A program made the position numbers and the translations under genes. Under the pieces are notes generated by a model. The model was given only the letters and a program-made list of their open reading frames with translations, did not search any database and was not told the origin of the DNA. Below are positions 57,069 to 64,000 of a DNA stretch of 64,000 nt, piece after piece. How positions within the stretch are numbered: the first letter of the stretch is position 1; every line of letters begins with the position of its first letter. The stretch is from positions 1,406 to 65,405 of the forward strand of contig JBDOIF010000058.1 in assembly GCA_041082215.1 (NCBI GenBank), in the 5' to 3' direction. The DNA comes from Anaerolineae bacterium (GTDB lineage: Bacteria > Chloroflexota > Anaerolineae > B4-G1 > DUEL01).

Positions 57069-57377
57069 ATGGCCAAACAGAAGATCCGTATCCGCCTGAA
57101 AGCTTATGATCACCGGGTGCTCGATGAGTCCGCCAGGCGCATCGTGGAGGCGGCTGAGCGAACGGGCGCAACGGTCGTGGGGCCGGTGCCCCTGCCGACG
57201 AAGATCGAACGCTTCACCGTGCGTCGTTCGACGTTCATTGACAAGGATTCGCACGAGCACTTCGAAATCCGGACGCACAAGCGGCTCATCGACGTGATCG
57301 AGCCGGATAACAAGACGATCGACACGCTGATGCGGCTCAATCTGCCGGCCGGGGTGGATATCGAGATCAAACTGTGA
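57069..57377 (+). CDS. rpsJ: 30S ribosomal protein S10.
   Basis: [34 protein letters not shown]. Confidence 0.95.
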   Translation: MAKQKIRIRLKAYDHRVLDESARRIVEAAERTGATVVGPVPLPTKIERFTVRRSTFIDKDSHEHFEIRTHKRLIDVIEPDNKTIDTLMRLNLPAGVDIEIKL

Positions 57378-57380
57378 CCT

Positions 57381-57439
57381 ATGACGTATGACGTATGACG
57401 TCAAACGTCAGGCGTCAAACGTCAGGCGTCAAACGTCAG
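57381..57439. repeat. Tandem-repeat spacer between rpsJ and rplC: 3x tatgacg followed by 3x gcgtcaaacgtcag, with mutually complementary cores tgacgt / acgtca.
   Basis: atgacgtatgacgtatgacgtcaaacgtcaggcgtcaaacgtcaggcgtcaaacgtcagg. The rpsJ-rplC spacer is 118 nt, unusually long. Confidence 0.6.
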
Positions 57440-57495
57440 GAGTGGGATGATGTGGCCTGGCCCAGGGCCGACAGTCCCATGGTAGGAGTGTTGCC

Positions 57496-58170
57496 TTGAA
57501 AGGGATTCTGGGAAAGAAAGTGGGAATGACCCGCATCTTCACCGAGAAGGGTGAGGCGGTCCCGGTCACCGTGATCGAGGCCGGGCCCTGCTGGGTTACC
57601 CAGGTGAAGTCGGTCGAAAAGGATGGCTATAGCGCGGTCCAGTTGGGGTTTGAGGAAGTGAAGCCCGGCCGGCTGACGCGAGGCCAGTTGGGCCATCTGG
57701 GCTTTCTGAAACCGGACGGAAAGCACCCGCGGCGCCGGGAGCTGCCCAATCCGGTACCACCTCTGCGATACCTGCAGGAGTTCCGGATGAAAGCAGAGGA
57801 GATACCCGCAGAGGGAGAGAAGATCACCGTGGAGGTCTTCGAGGTGGGGGACCGGGTGGACGTGGTCGGTACCTCGAAGGGACGGGGGTTCGCCGGGGTC
57901 ATCAAGCGGCACCACTTCAGAGGCCAGCCCAAAACCCACGGCCAGTCCGACCGACACCGGGCTCCTGGCTCCATCGGCGCCACCACCACTCCCGGCCGGG
58001 TTCTGAAGGGGACCCGTATGGCCGGGCGGATGGGAGGCCACCGCGTGACGGTGCAGAACCTGGAGGTGGTGCTGGTGGACCCTGAACGGAATCTCCTGGC
58101 GGTGCGGGGAGCTGTCCCGGGTCCGAAGGGGGGGCTTGTGGTGGTCAAACGGGCCCGCAAACAGGGCTGA
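57496..58170 (+). CDS. rplC: 50S ribosomal protein L3.
   Basis: TTG start after ggtaggagtg; [15 protein letters not shown]. Confidence 0.95.
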   Translation: MKGILGKKVGMTRIFTEKGEAVPVTVIEAGPCWVTQVKSVEKDGYSAVQLGFEEVKPGRLTRGQLGHLGFLKPDGKHPRRRELPNPVPPLRYLQEFRMKAEEIPAEGEKITVEVFEVGDRVDVVGTSKGRGFAGVIKRHHFRGQPKTHGQSDRHRAPGSIGATTTPGRVLKGTRMAGRMGGHRVTVQNLEVVLVDPERNLLAVRGAVPGPKGGLVVVKRARKQG

Positions 58171-58193
58171 GGCGGATCGGGAGGAGATGAGGC

Positions 58194-58814
58194 ATGGTCG
58201 TTCCTGTTCGGAACATGGCCGGAGAACAGGTGGATGAGGTTGAGCTGCGGCCTGAAATCTTCGAGGCCCCGGTCAATGTGGCGCTGATGCATCAGGCTCT
58301 GGTGCGACAACTGGCGAACGCCCGCCTGGGGACGCATAAGACGAAGGGCCGGGGCGAGATCAACCGGACGAAGCAGAAGTGGTATCGGCAGAAGGGGACG
58401 GGCCGGGCCCGTCACGGCAGCCGCAACGCTCCGATCTTCGTCGGTGGTGGCATCGCCCACGGGCCTCAGCCCCGCAGCTACGGGCTGCGGATGCCGCGGA
58501 AGATGCGCCGGGCCGCCCTGCGCAGCGCCCTCTCCGCGAAGGCGGCGCAGGAGCAGATCGTGGTGCTGGATCGGCTGGAGATGGAGAAGCCCAGGACCAG
58601 GGAGATGGAGATGGTCCTGCAGAATCTGGGCGCGGAGAGGGGAGCGCTGATCCTCCTGCCCGAACGGAACGAGGCTGTGGAGAAATCGGCGCGCAACCTG
58701 CCCGGGGTGAAGACGCTGCGGGCCAGTTACCTGAACATCCGGGACCTCCTGCAGTATGAAAAGGTCCTGATCCCCCTGGGCGCGCTAGAGGTCATCGAGT
58801 CCATTTTGGGGTAG
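58194..58814 (+). CDS. rplD: 50S ribosomal protein L4.
   Basis: Conserved L4 core; lies between rplC and rplW. Confidence 0.93.
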   Translation: MVVPVRNMAGEQVDEVELRPEIFEAPVNVALMHQALVRQLANARLGTHKTKGRGEINRTKQKWYRQKGTGRARHGSRNAPIFVGGGIAHGPQPRSYGLRMPRKMRRAALRSALSAKAAQEQIVVLDRLEMEKPRTREMEMVLQNLGAERGALILLPERNEAVEKSARNLPGVKTLRASYLNIRDLLQYEKVLIPLGALEVIESILG

Positions 58815-58818
58815 TGCC

Positions 58819-59112
58819 ATGCATCTGTACCAGGTGATCAAACGCCCTGTCATCACAGAGAAGACGCAGTCCCTGGCCGCTGCGCACCGGCAGTACACTT
58901 TCGAGGTGGACCGGCGGGCGAACAAGGCGCAGGTGAAGCAGGCCGTGGAGACGGTATATGGCGTGCGGGTGACGGCAGTGAACCTGGCGAACATGCCGGC
59001 CAAATCCACCAAACGGTGGGGCCGCCGCCGGGTGGTGCGCCGCCCGATGTGGAAGAAGGCCGTGGTGACGGTGGCGGAAGGGGATACGATCCCGGTGTTC
59101 GAGGGAGGCTAA
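58819..59112 (+). CDS. rplW: 50S ribosomal protein L23.
   Basis: [16 protein letters not shown]. Confidence 0.93.
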   Translation: MHLYQVIKRPVITEKTQSLAAAHRQYTFEVDRRANKAQVKQAVETVYGVRVTAVNLANMPAKSTKRWGRRRVVRRPMWKKAVVTVAEGDTIPVFEGG

Positions 59113-59113
59113 C

Positions 59114-59950
59114 GTGGGAATCAAGGTCTATAAGCCGACGTCGCCGGGCCGACGGGGGATGACCGGCTTAACCTTTGAGGAGGTTACGAAGGCGGAGCCG
59201 GAGCGAAGCCTGCTGGTCCCCCTGCGGAAGAAGGGCGGCCGGAATGTAGAGGGGCGAGTCACGATCCGCCATCGTGGCGGAGGACACAAGCGGATGTACC
59301 GCCTGATCGACTTCAGACGGGACAAGCACGGCATCCCCGCCCGGGTGGCCTCCATCGAATACGACCCCAACCGGTCGGCCCGGATCGCCCTTCTGGCCTA
59401 CGCCGATGGGGAGAAGCGGTACATCATTGCCCCCCTGGGCCTCCGGGTCGGAGATACGGTGGTGAGCGGTCCGAATGCGGATATCCGGGTGGGCAATTCC
59501 CTGCCGCTGGAGCGGATCCCTCTGGGGACGATGATCCACAACATCGAGCTGTTCCCGGGGCGAGGTGGGCAGTTGGTCCGTGCGGCGGGGACCTCGGCCC
59601 AGTTGCTGGCCAGGGAGGGTGATTACGCTTCTGTCCGACTGCCCAGCGGAGAGGTCCGGCTGATCCGCAAGGAATGCATGGCCACCATCGGTCAGGTGGG
59701 GAATGTGGATCACGGCAACATCAAGCTGGGGAAGGCCGGGCGGAAGCGGTGGCTGGGGCGGCGACCCCATGTACGTGGCTCGGCTATGACCCCGCGGGAC
59801 CACCCGCACGGCGGCGGAGAGGGGCGGACGCCCATCGGGATGCCAGGGCCGAAGAGCCCGTGGGGAAAGCCCACGCTGGGTAAGAAGACGCGGCGCAACA
59901 AGGCCACGGACAAATACATCGTCCGTCGGCGGGGCGTACGGCGACGGTAG
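59114..59950 (+). CDS. rplB: 50S ribosomal protein L2.
   Basis: [15 protein letters not shown]...GGGHKR...HPHGGGEG. Confidence 0.96.
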   Translation: MGIKVYKPTSPGRRGMTGLTFEEVTKAEPERSLLVPLRKKGGRNVEGRVTIRHRGGGHKRMYRLIDFRRDKHGIPARVASIEYDPNRSARIALLAYADGEKRYIIAPLGLRVGDTVVSGPNADIRVGNSLPLERIPLGTMIHNIELFPGRGGQLVRAAGTSAQLLAREGDYASVRLPSGEVRLIRKECMATIGQVGNVDHGNIKLGKAGRKRWLGRRPHVRGSAMTPRDHPHGGGEGRTPIGMPGPKSPWGKPTLGKKTRRNKATDKYIVRRRGVRRR

Positions 59951-59967
59951 CAGTTGGGGAGGGATAA

Positions 59968-60249
59968 ATGTCGCGGTCGCTGAAAAAGGGCCCGTATGTA
60001 GACCCAAAGCTGTTGGGGAAAATCGAAGAGATGAACCGGAAAGGGGAGAAACGGGTCATCCGCACCTGGTCGCGCGATTCGACCATCTTCCCCCAGATGG
60101 TTGGCCACACCATCGCTGTCCACGATGGGAGGCGGCATGTGCCCATCTATATCACCGAGAACATGGTGGGCCACAAGTTGGGAGAGTTCGCCCCTACACG
60201 GACGTTCCGGGGGCATGTGGTGAAGGAGAAAAAGGGGAAGGTCAGGTAG
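59968..60249 (+). CDS. rpsS: 30S ribosomal protein S19.
   Basis: [12 protein letters not shown]...[33 protein letters not shown]. Confidence 0.96.
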   Translation: MSRSLKKGPYVDPKLLGKIEEMNRKGEKRVIRTWSRDSTIFPQMVGHTIAVHDGRRHVPIYITENMVGHKLGEFAPTRTFRGHVVKEKKGKVR

Positions 60250-60274
60250 CAGTAAGGGCCGGAGGAGCGAGGAG

Positions 60275-60631
60275 ATGGAGGTTCGTGCAAGAGCAAGCCA
60301 CGTGCCGATGTCGGCACAGAAAGTGCGCCGGGTGATCGATCAGGTGCGGGGGATGGACGTGGTGCCGGCCCTGGAGGTGCTCCGCTTCCTGCCCCACGCC
60401 GCAGCCCGCCCGGTGGAAAAGCTGGTCCGCTCCGCCGTTGCCAACGCCGAGGAGAACATCGGCCTTTCCCGGGACAACCTGTACATCGCATACATCATCG
60501 CCGATGAGGGGCCAGGTGTGGCTCCTGGCAAAGGACGGCGGCCCCGCTTCGGCGGGCGCGGACGGTATCGCCCCATCCGCAAGCGCTCCTCCCACATCAC
60601 TGTGGTCCTGGACGAGCGGGTGGAGGAGTAA
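60275..60631 (+). CDS. rplV: 50S ribosomal protein L22.
   Basis: MEVRARASHVPMSAQKVRRVIDQVRG. Confidence 0.95.
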   Translation: MEVRARASHVPMSAQKVRRVIDQVRGMDVVPALEVLRFLPHAAARPVEKLVRSAVANAEENIGLSRDNLYIAYIIADEGPGVAPGKGRRPRFGGRGRYRPIRKRSSHITVVLDERVEE

Positions 60632-60646
60632 AAAAGGAGGTCGGAT

Positions 60647-61312
60647 TTGGGACGCAAGGTTCACCCCCACGGTTTCCGGCTGAAGGTCATCCGCGATTGG
60701 CAGACGCGCTGGTATGCCGAGGACCCTGAATACGCCGATCTGCTGCGGGAGGATATGCTGATCCGCGATATGATCGAAGAGCAGTTGATGAACGCCGGCG
60801 TCTCCCGGGTGGAGATCGAGCGGTTCCCCAACCAGGTGCAGGTGGTCGTCTGGACTGCCCGGCCTGGGATCGTGATCGGCCGGAAGGGAACCTCGGTGAA
60901 GGCGCTGCGGCGGGACCTTGAGGAGCTGACCGGCAAGAAGGTCCATGTAGACGTGCAGGAAGTGGAACAGCCAGAGCTGGATGCCCGGCTGGTGGCCCAG
61001 AATATCGCGGCACAGTTGGAACGCCGTATCTCCCATGGGCGAGCGATGAAACGGGCGGTCCAGCAGGCGATGCGGGCTGGCGCGAAGGGGATCAAGGTGA
61101 TGTGCAAGGGCCGTATCGCCGGCGCGGAGATGGCAAGGGCCGTCTGGATGCGGGAGGGCCGGGTTCCTCTCCAGACCCTGCGGGCGGATATCGAGTTTGC
61201 CAAAGGGGAGGCCCATACGACCTATGGCCGGATCGGGGTGAAGGTGTGGATTTATAAGGGCGAGGTGCTGCCCGAGGCGAAGGCGAAGGAAGAGGAACCT
61301 TTCATTGCCTGA
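60647..61312 (+). CDS. rpsC: 30S ribosomal protein S3.
   Basis: [24 protein letters not shown] (KH domain). Confidence 0.96.
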   Translation: MGRKVHPHGFRLKVIRDWQTRWYAEDPEYADLLREDMLIRDMIEEQLMNAGVSRVEIERFPNQVQVVVWTARPGIVIGRKGTSVKALRRDLEELTGKKVHVDVQEVEQPELDARLVAQNIAAQLERRISHGRAMKRAVQQAMRAGAKGIKVMCKGRIAGAEMARAVWMREGRVPLQTLRADIEFAKGEAHTTYGRIGVKVWIYKGEVLPEAKAKEEEPFIA

Positions 61313-61339
61313 CAACCTCGCCGTGGAGGGGATGAGCCG

Positions 61340-61762
61340 ATGTTGATGCCGAAGCGGGTCAAGTACCGTAAGCAGTTTCGTGGACGCATGAAGGGGCAGG
61401 CAGGTCGGGGTACGGAGGTGGCCTTTGGGGAGTACGGCCTCCAGGCCCTGGAGCCGGCCTGGGTCACCAGCCGGCAGATCGAGGCAGCCCGTCGGGCCAT
61501 CGTCCGCTACGTCCGGCGACGTGGCAAGTACTGGATCCGCATCTTCCCCGATAAGCCGGTGACCGCCAAGCCGGCGGAGACCCGGATGGGTAAGGGGAAG
61601 GGTGCGGTGGATCACTGGGTGGCTGTGATCAAGCCGGGCCGCATCCTCTTTGAGCTGGCGGGCGTCCCGGAGGATCAGGCCCGGGAAGCGATGCGGCTGG
61701 CGGCCAACAAGCTGCCTATCAAGTGCCAGTTTGTGGTCCGTCACGAGGGAGTGGGGGATTAG
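61340..61762 (+). CDS. rplP: 50S ribosomal protein L16.
   Basis: [19 protein letters not shown]. Confidence 0.96.
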   Translation: MLMPKRVKYRKQFRGRMKGQAGRGTEVAFGEYGLQALEPAWVTSRQIEAARRAIVRYVRRRGKYWIRIFPDKPVTAKPAETRMGKGKGAVDHWVAVIKPGRILFELAGVPEDQAREAMRLAANKLPIKCQFVVRHEGVGD

Positions 61763-61763
61763 G

Positions 61764-61979
61764 ATGCTGGCAAGGGAACTCCGTCTGTTGACCGATGAGG
61801 AACTCCGGAACCGCCTGAATGAGGCATATCGGGAGCTTTTCAACCTCCGGCAGGAATGGTATCTGGGGCGGCTGGAGGATAACAACCGGGTCACCGCGGC
61901 CAAGCGGGAGATCGCCCGCATCCAGACGATCCTGCGGGAGCGGGAGTTGGCGAAACGGGTGGAAGGAGGCGCGCTGTGA
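61764..61979 (+). CDS. rpmC: 50S ribosomal protein L29.
   Basis: [29 protein letters not shown]. The ORF track runs on from an upstream, out-of-context ATG. Confidence 0.9.
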   Translation: MLARELRLLTDEELRNRLNEAYRELFNLRQEWYLGRLEDNNRVTAAKREIARIQTILRERELAKRVEGGAL

Positions 61980-62260
61980 GGGAGCAGCGAAAGTGTTTGG
62001 AGGGGCGCGTCGTCAGCGATAAGATGCAGAAGACCGTCGTGGTGCTGGTCGAGCGGACCCGACGCCACCCCCGGTACGGGAAGGTGGTGAAGGTGTGGAA
62101 GAAGTTCTATGCCCACGACGAGGGGAATGAATGTCGGATCGGCGATCGGGTGCGCATTGTCGAACACCGGCCCCTCAGCCGGCTCAAGCGGTGGGTGGTA
62201 GAGGAGATCGTCGAGCGAGCGGAGGCGCCGGAGGAAGTGGCTGAGGAGGTGACGGCATGA
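61976..62260 (+). CDS. rpsQ: 30S ribosomal protein S17.
   Basis: [18 protein letters not shown]...[22 protein letters not shown]. Confidence 0.95.
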   Translation: MREQRKCLEGRVVSDKMQKTVVVLVERTRRHPRYGKVVKVWKKFYAHDEGNECRIGDRVRIVEHRPLSRLKRWVVEEIVERAEAPEEVAEEVTA

Positions 62261-62628
62261 TCCAGCAGGAGACCAGCCTGCATGTGGCCGACAACACAGG
62301 TGCAAAAGAGATCCTCTGCATCCGCGTCCTGGGCGGCTCGAAGCGACGGTATGGGCGGGTGGGAGATGTCATTGTGGCGACGGTCAAACAGGCTGTGCCG
62401 AACTCCTCCGTCAAAAAGGGGGATATCGTCCGGGCGGTGATCGTCCGCTCCGCCAAAGAGTACGCCCGACCCGACGGCTCTTCCATCCGCTTCGACGACA
62501 ACGCTGCGGTCCTTCTGGATCAGACCGGCACCAACCCGCGCGGGACCCGGATTTTCGGGCCGGTGGCCCGGGAGCTGCGCGATAAAGGCTTTATGAAGAT
62601 TATTTCTCTGGCGCCAGAGGTACTCTAA
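62257..62628 (+). CDS. rplN: 50S ribosomal protein L14.
   Basis: [18 protein letters not shown]. Confidence 0.97.
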   Translation: MIQQETSLHVADNTGAKEILCIRVLGGSKRRYGRVGDVIVATVKQAVPNSSVKKGDIVRAVIVRSAKEYARPDGSSIRFDDNAAVLLDQTGTNPRGTRIFGPVARELRDKGFMKIISLAPEVL

Positions 62629-62689
62629 CGGAATACGCAACACGATCCGCATTTCGTATTCCGTGTTCCGTATTTTCGTGAGGTGAAGA
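62629..62689. repeat. Inverted-repeat spacer between rplN and rplX containing tacgcaacacg and its near-complement.
   Basis: acggaatacgcaacacgatccgcatttcgtattccgtgttccgtattttcg: ggaatacg / cgtattcc and cgcaacacg / cgtgttccg pairings. Confidence 0.5.
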
Positions 62690-63016
62690 GTGGGTATCCG
62701 GATCAGAAAGGGAGATACGGTGGAAGTCATCAGCGGGAACGACCGCGGGGTGCGCGGTAAGGTCCTGCGGGTTGTCCCGAAGAAGGATCGCGTGGTGGTC
62801 TCCGGCGTGAACATCGTCAAGAAACACCAGCGTCCGGTTCGGGCGGGTCGTGGTCAGGTGCAGCCGGGCATCATCGAGTTCGAGGCTCCCATCCATCTCT
62901 CCAACGTCATGCTGGTCTGCCCGCACTGCAACGCCCGGACGCGCGTCGGCTTCGAGCTTCTGGAGGACGGGCGCAAGGTGCGTATGTGCAGGAAGTGCGG
63001 CCGGGCAATTGACTAG
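62690..63016 (+). CDS. rplX: 50S ribosomal protein L24 with a C-terminal zinc-ribbon extension.
   Basis: GTG start; KOW motif [14 protein letters not shown]; C-terminal CPHC...CRKC. Confidence 0.93.
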   Translation: MGIRIRKGDTVEVISGNDRGVRGKVLRVVPKKDRVVVSGVNIVKKHQRPVRAGRGQVQPGIIEFEAPIHLSNVMLVCPHCNARTRVGFELLEDGRKVRMCRKCGRAID

Positions 63017-63033
63017 GCCGAGGGGTTTATGGA

Positions 63034-63585
63034 GTGAGCGGAATGCAACGACTGCAGGCTTTCTATCGGGAACACGTTCGGCCAGCCTTGATCAAGGAAT
63101 TCGGCTACCAGAACGTGATGGAAGTGCCGACGGTCCGGAAGATCGTCGTCAACGTCGGCATGGGGGAGGCGCTGGATAACCCGAAGGCACTGGATTACGC
63201 GGTGCAGGACCTGATGGCGATCACGGGGCAGCGGCCGGTGATCACCCGGGCCCGTAAGTCTATCGCCGGATTTAAGCTGCGGGCTGGCCGCCCCATCGGC
63301 GTGAAGGTGACCCTGCGGGGGGAGCGGATGTGGGCCTTCCTGGATCGGCTGTGCAATGTCGCTCTGCCCCGCCAGCGGGACTTCCGGGGGGTGCCGGCCG
63401 CTTTCGACGGGCGCGGGAACTATACCCTGGGGCTGCGGGAGCAACTGGTCTTCCCCGAGGTGGATTACAACAAGATTGACAAGATCCGGGGGCTGGAAAT
63501 CAGCATCACTACCACGGCAAGGACCGATGATGAAGGGCGACGGCTCCTGGAGCTTCTGGGAATGCCGTTTCGGCGGGAAAGGTAG
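63034..63585 (+). CDS. rplE: 50S ribosomal protein L5.
   Basis: [26 protein letters not shown]. Confidence 0.95.
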   Translation: MSGMQRLQAFYREHVRPALIKEFGYQNVMEVPTVRKIVVNVGMGEALDNPKALDYAVQDLMAITGQRPVITRARKSIAGFKLRAGRPIGVKVTLRGERMWAFLDRLCNVALPRQRDFRGVPAAFDGRGNYTLGLREQLVFPEVDYNKIDKIRGLEISITTTARTDDEGRRLLELLGMPFRRER

Positions 63586-63596
63586 CGGAGGAGCGT

Positions 63597-63779
63597 ATGA
63601 CGAGGAAGTGCCTTCCAATTCGTGAGACCAGGCGGAAGTATAAGGTGCGGGTACGCAATCGTTGCGCGCGATGCGGCCGCCCACGCGGTTACTACCGGCG
63701 CTTCCAGTTGTGTCGAATCTGCCTGCGGGAACTGGCGCTGGAAGGAAAGATCCCCGGCGTCGTGAAGTCCAGTTGGTAG
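63597..63779 (+). CDS. rpsZ: 30S ribosomal protein S14 type Z (zinc-binding).
   Basis: 61 aa; [20 protein letters not shown]. Confidence 0.93.
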   Translation: MTRKCLPIRETRRKYKVRVRNRCARCGRPRGYYRRFQLCRICLRELALEGKIPGVVKSSW

Positions 63780-63795
63780 GGATGAGGATGGGCCG

Positions 63796-64000
63796 ATGAC
63801 AGTGATAGACCCGATCGCTGATATGTTGACGCGCATTCGAAACGCCATCGCGGTGGGACAATCCGTGGTGACGATGCCTTCGTCCAACATGAAGGTCGCT
63901 ATCGCCCGAATCCTGAAGGACGAAGGGTACATTGAGGATTACCAGGTGGTGGAGTACGAAGAACAGCCGCGCTACCGGCTGGTGATCCGGCTCAAATATG
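63796..64000 (+). CDS. rpsH: 30S ribosomal protein S8, 3'-partial (runs off the window end; not in the ORF track).
   Basis: [49 protein letters not shown]... Confidence 0.9.
   Translation, partial: MTVIDPIADMLTRIRNAIAVGQSVVTMPSSNMKVAIARILKDEGYIEDYQVVEYEEQPRYRLVIRLKY

Noticed and set aside
55514-57076. 520-aa minus-strand ORF.
   Set aside because: Antisense to tuf.
57381-57439. Possible CRISPR array.
   Set aside because: Only three very short (7-14 nt) contiguous units with no spacers. No cas genes anywhere in the window.
60242-62305. 687-aa minus-strand ORF across the S10 operon.
   Set aside because: Antisense to rplV-rpsC-rplP-rpmC-rpsQ, which have unmistakable r-protein sequences.
1-64000. 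Mobile elements, tRNA / rRNA genes, prophage or defence islands.
   Set aside because: No transposase, integrase, recombinase or cas-like ORFs and no tRNA-like cloverleaf sequences were recognised. The accessory content is the glycan locus, not a mobile island.

Overview
This is a high-GC (about 65% by eye) bacterial chromosomal segment of ordinary core genes with one very large accessory-type locus in the middle. I found no tRNA or rRNA genes, no CRISPR array and no transposase or integrase.

**Left end, 1-4.3 kb**
- A 5'-partial class I aldolase (DapA/NAL-like) fused to a C-terminal Fae-like (formaldehyde-activating enzyme) domain.
- A convergent ECF sigma / anti-sigma pair on the minus strand.
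- A tatA / tatB-like / tatC operon with a recognisable sigma70-type promoter and an intrinsic terminator.

**Middle, about 4.8-45.3 kb: glycan biosynthesis, export and attachment locus**
- About 35 co-directional genes (about 40 kb), encoding:
  - a polyprenyl-phosphate sugar-phosphotransferase that initiates the glycan;
  - a CDP-6-deoxyhexose branch (rfbF, rfbG, an RmlC-like epimerase), followed by a SAF-domain dehydrogenase (a non-canonical candidate for the 4-keto reduction step) and a DUF4038-like putative glycoside hydrolase;
  - Wzm/Wzt ABC exporter genes, where Wzt carries a C-terminal carbohydrate-binding domain;
  - about ten GT1/GT2 glycosyltransferases;
  - two CE4 deacetylases and three acetyltransferases;
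  - an APH-like kinase;
  - a Wzz-like co-polymerase;
  - an O-antigen-ligase-family (WaaL/WsaB-like) protein;
  - a Cys-less AsnB-like amidotransferase;
  - a heparinase II/III-family protein;
  - a FemAB-like plus GNAT pair;
  - a WbpA/B/D/E-like set predicted to make a UDP-2,3-diacetamido-2,3-dideoxy-uronic acid;
  - several secreted proteins: a BNR-repeat lipoprotein, an alpha/beta hydrolase and an unknown protein.
- Unusual members are a B12-binding radical-SAM-like protein that lacks the CxxxCxxC cysteines and an AsnB homologue whose nucleophile Cys2 is Ala.
- My working interpretation is an ABC-transporter-dependent, chain-terminator-controlled heteroglycan, possibly an S-layer or cell-wall glycan. 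That is inference, not something the sequence proves.

**Right end, 45.4-64 kb**
- DUF4062 and DUF362-ferredoxin proteins.
- An orphan ABC-2 permease on the minus strand with a perfect 20-bp palindrome at its promoter.
- rpoB with its own promoter and a long leader containing nested inverted repeats. rpsL follows rpoB directly; rpoC is not adjacent.
- The str-S10-spc ribosomal gene array: rpsL, rpsG, fusA, tuf, rpsJ, rplC, D, W, B, rpsS, rplV, rpsC, rplP, rpmC, rpsQ, rplN, rplX, rplE, rpsZ, and a 3'-partial rpsH that is not in the ORF track.
- Three unusually long, repeat-bearing spacers inside these operons.

Many long antisense ORFs in the six-frame track are GC-driven artefacts and were rejected.
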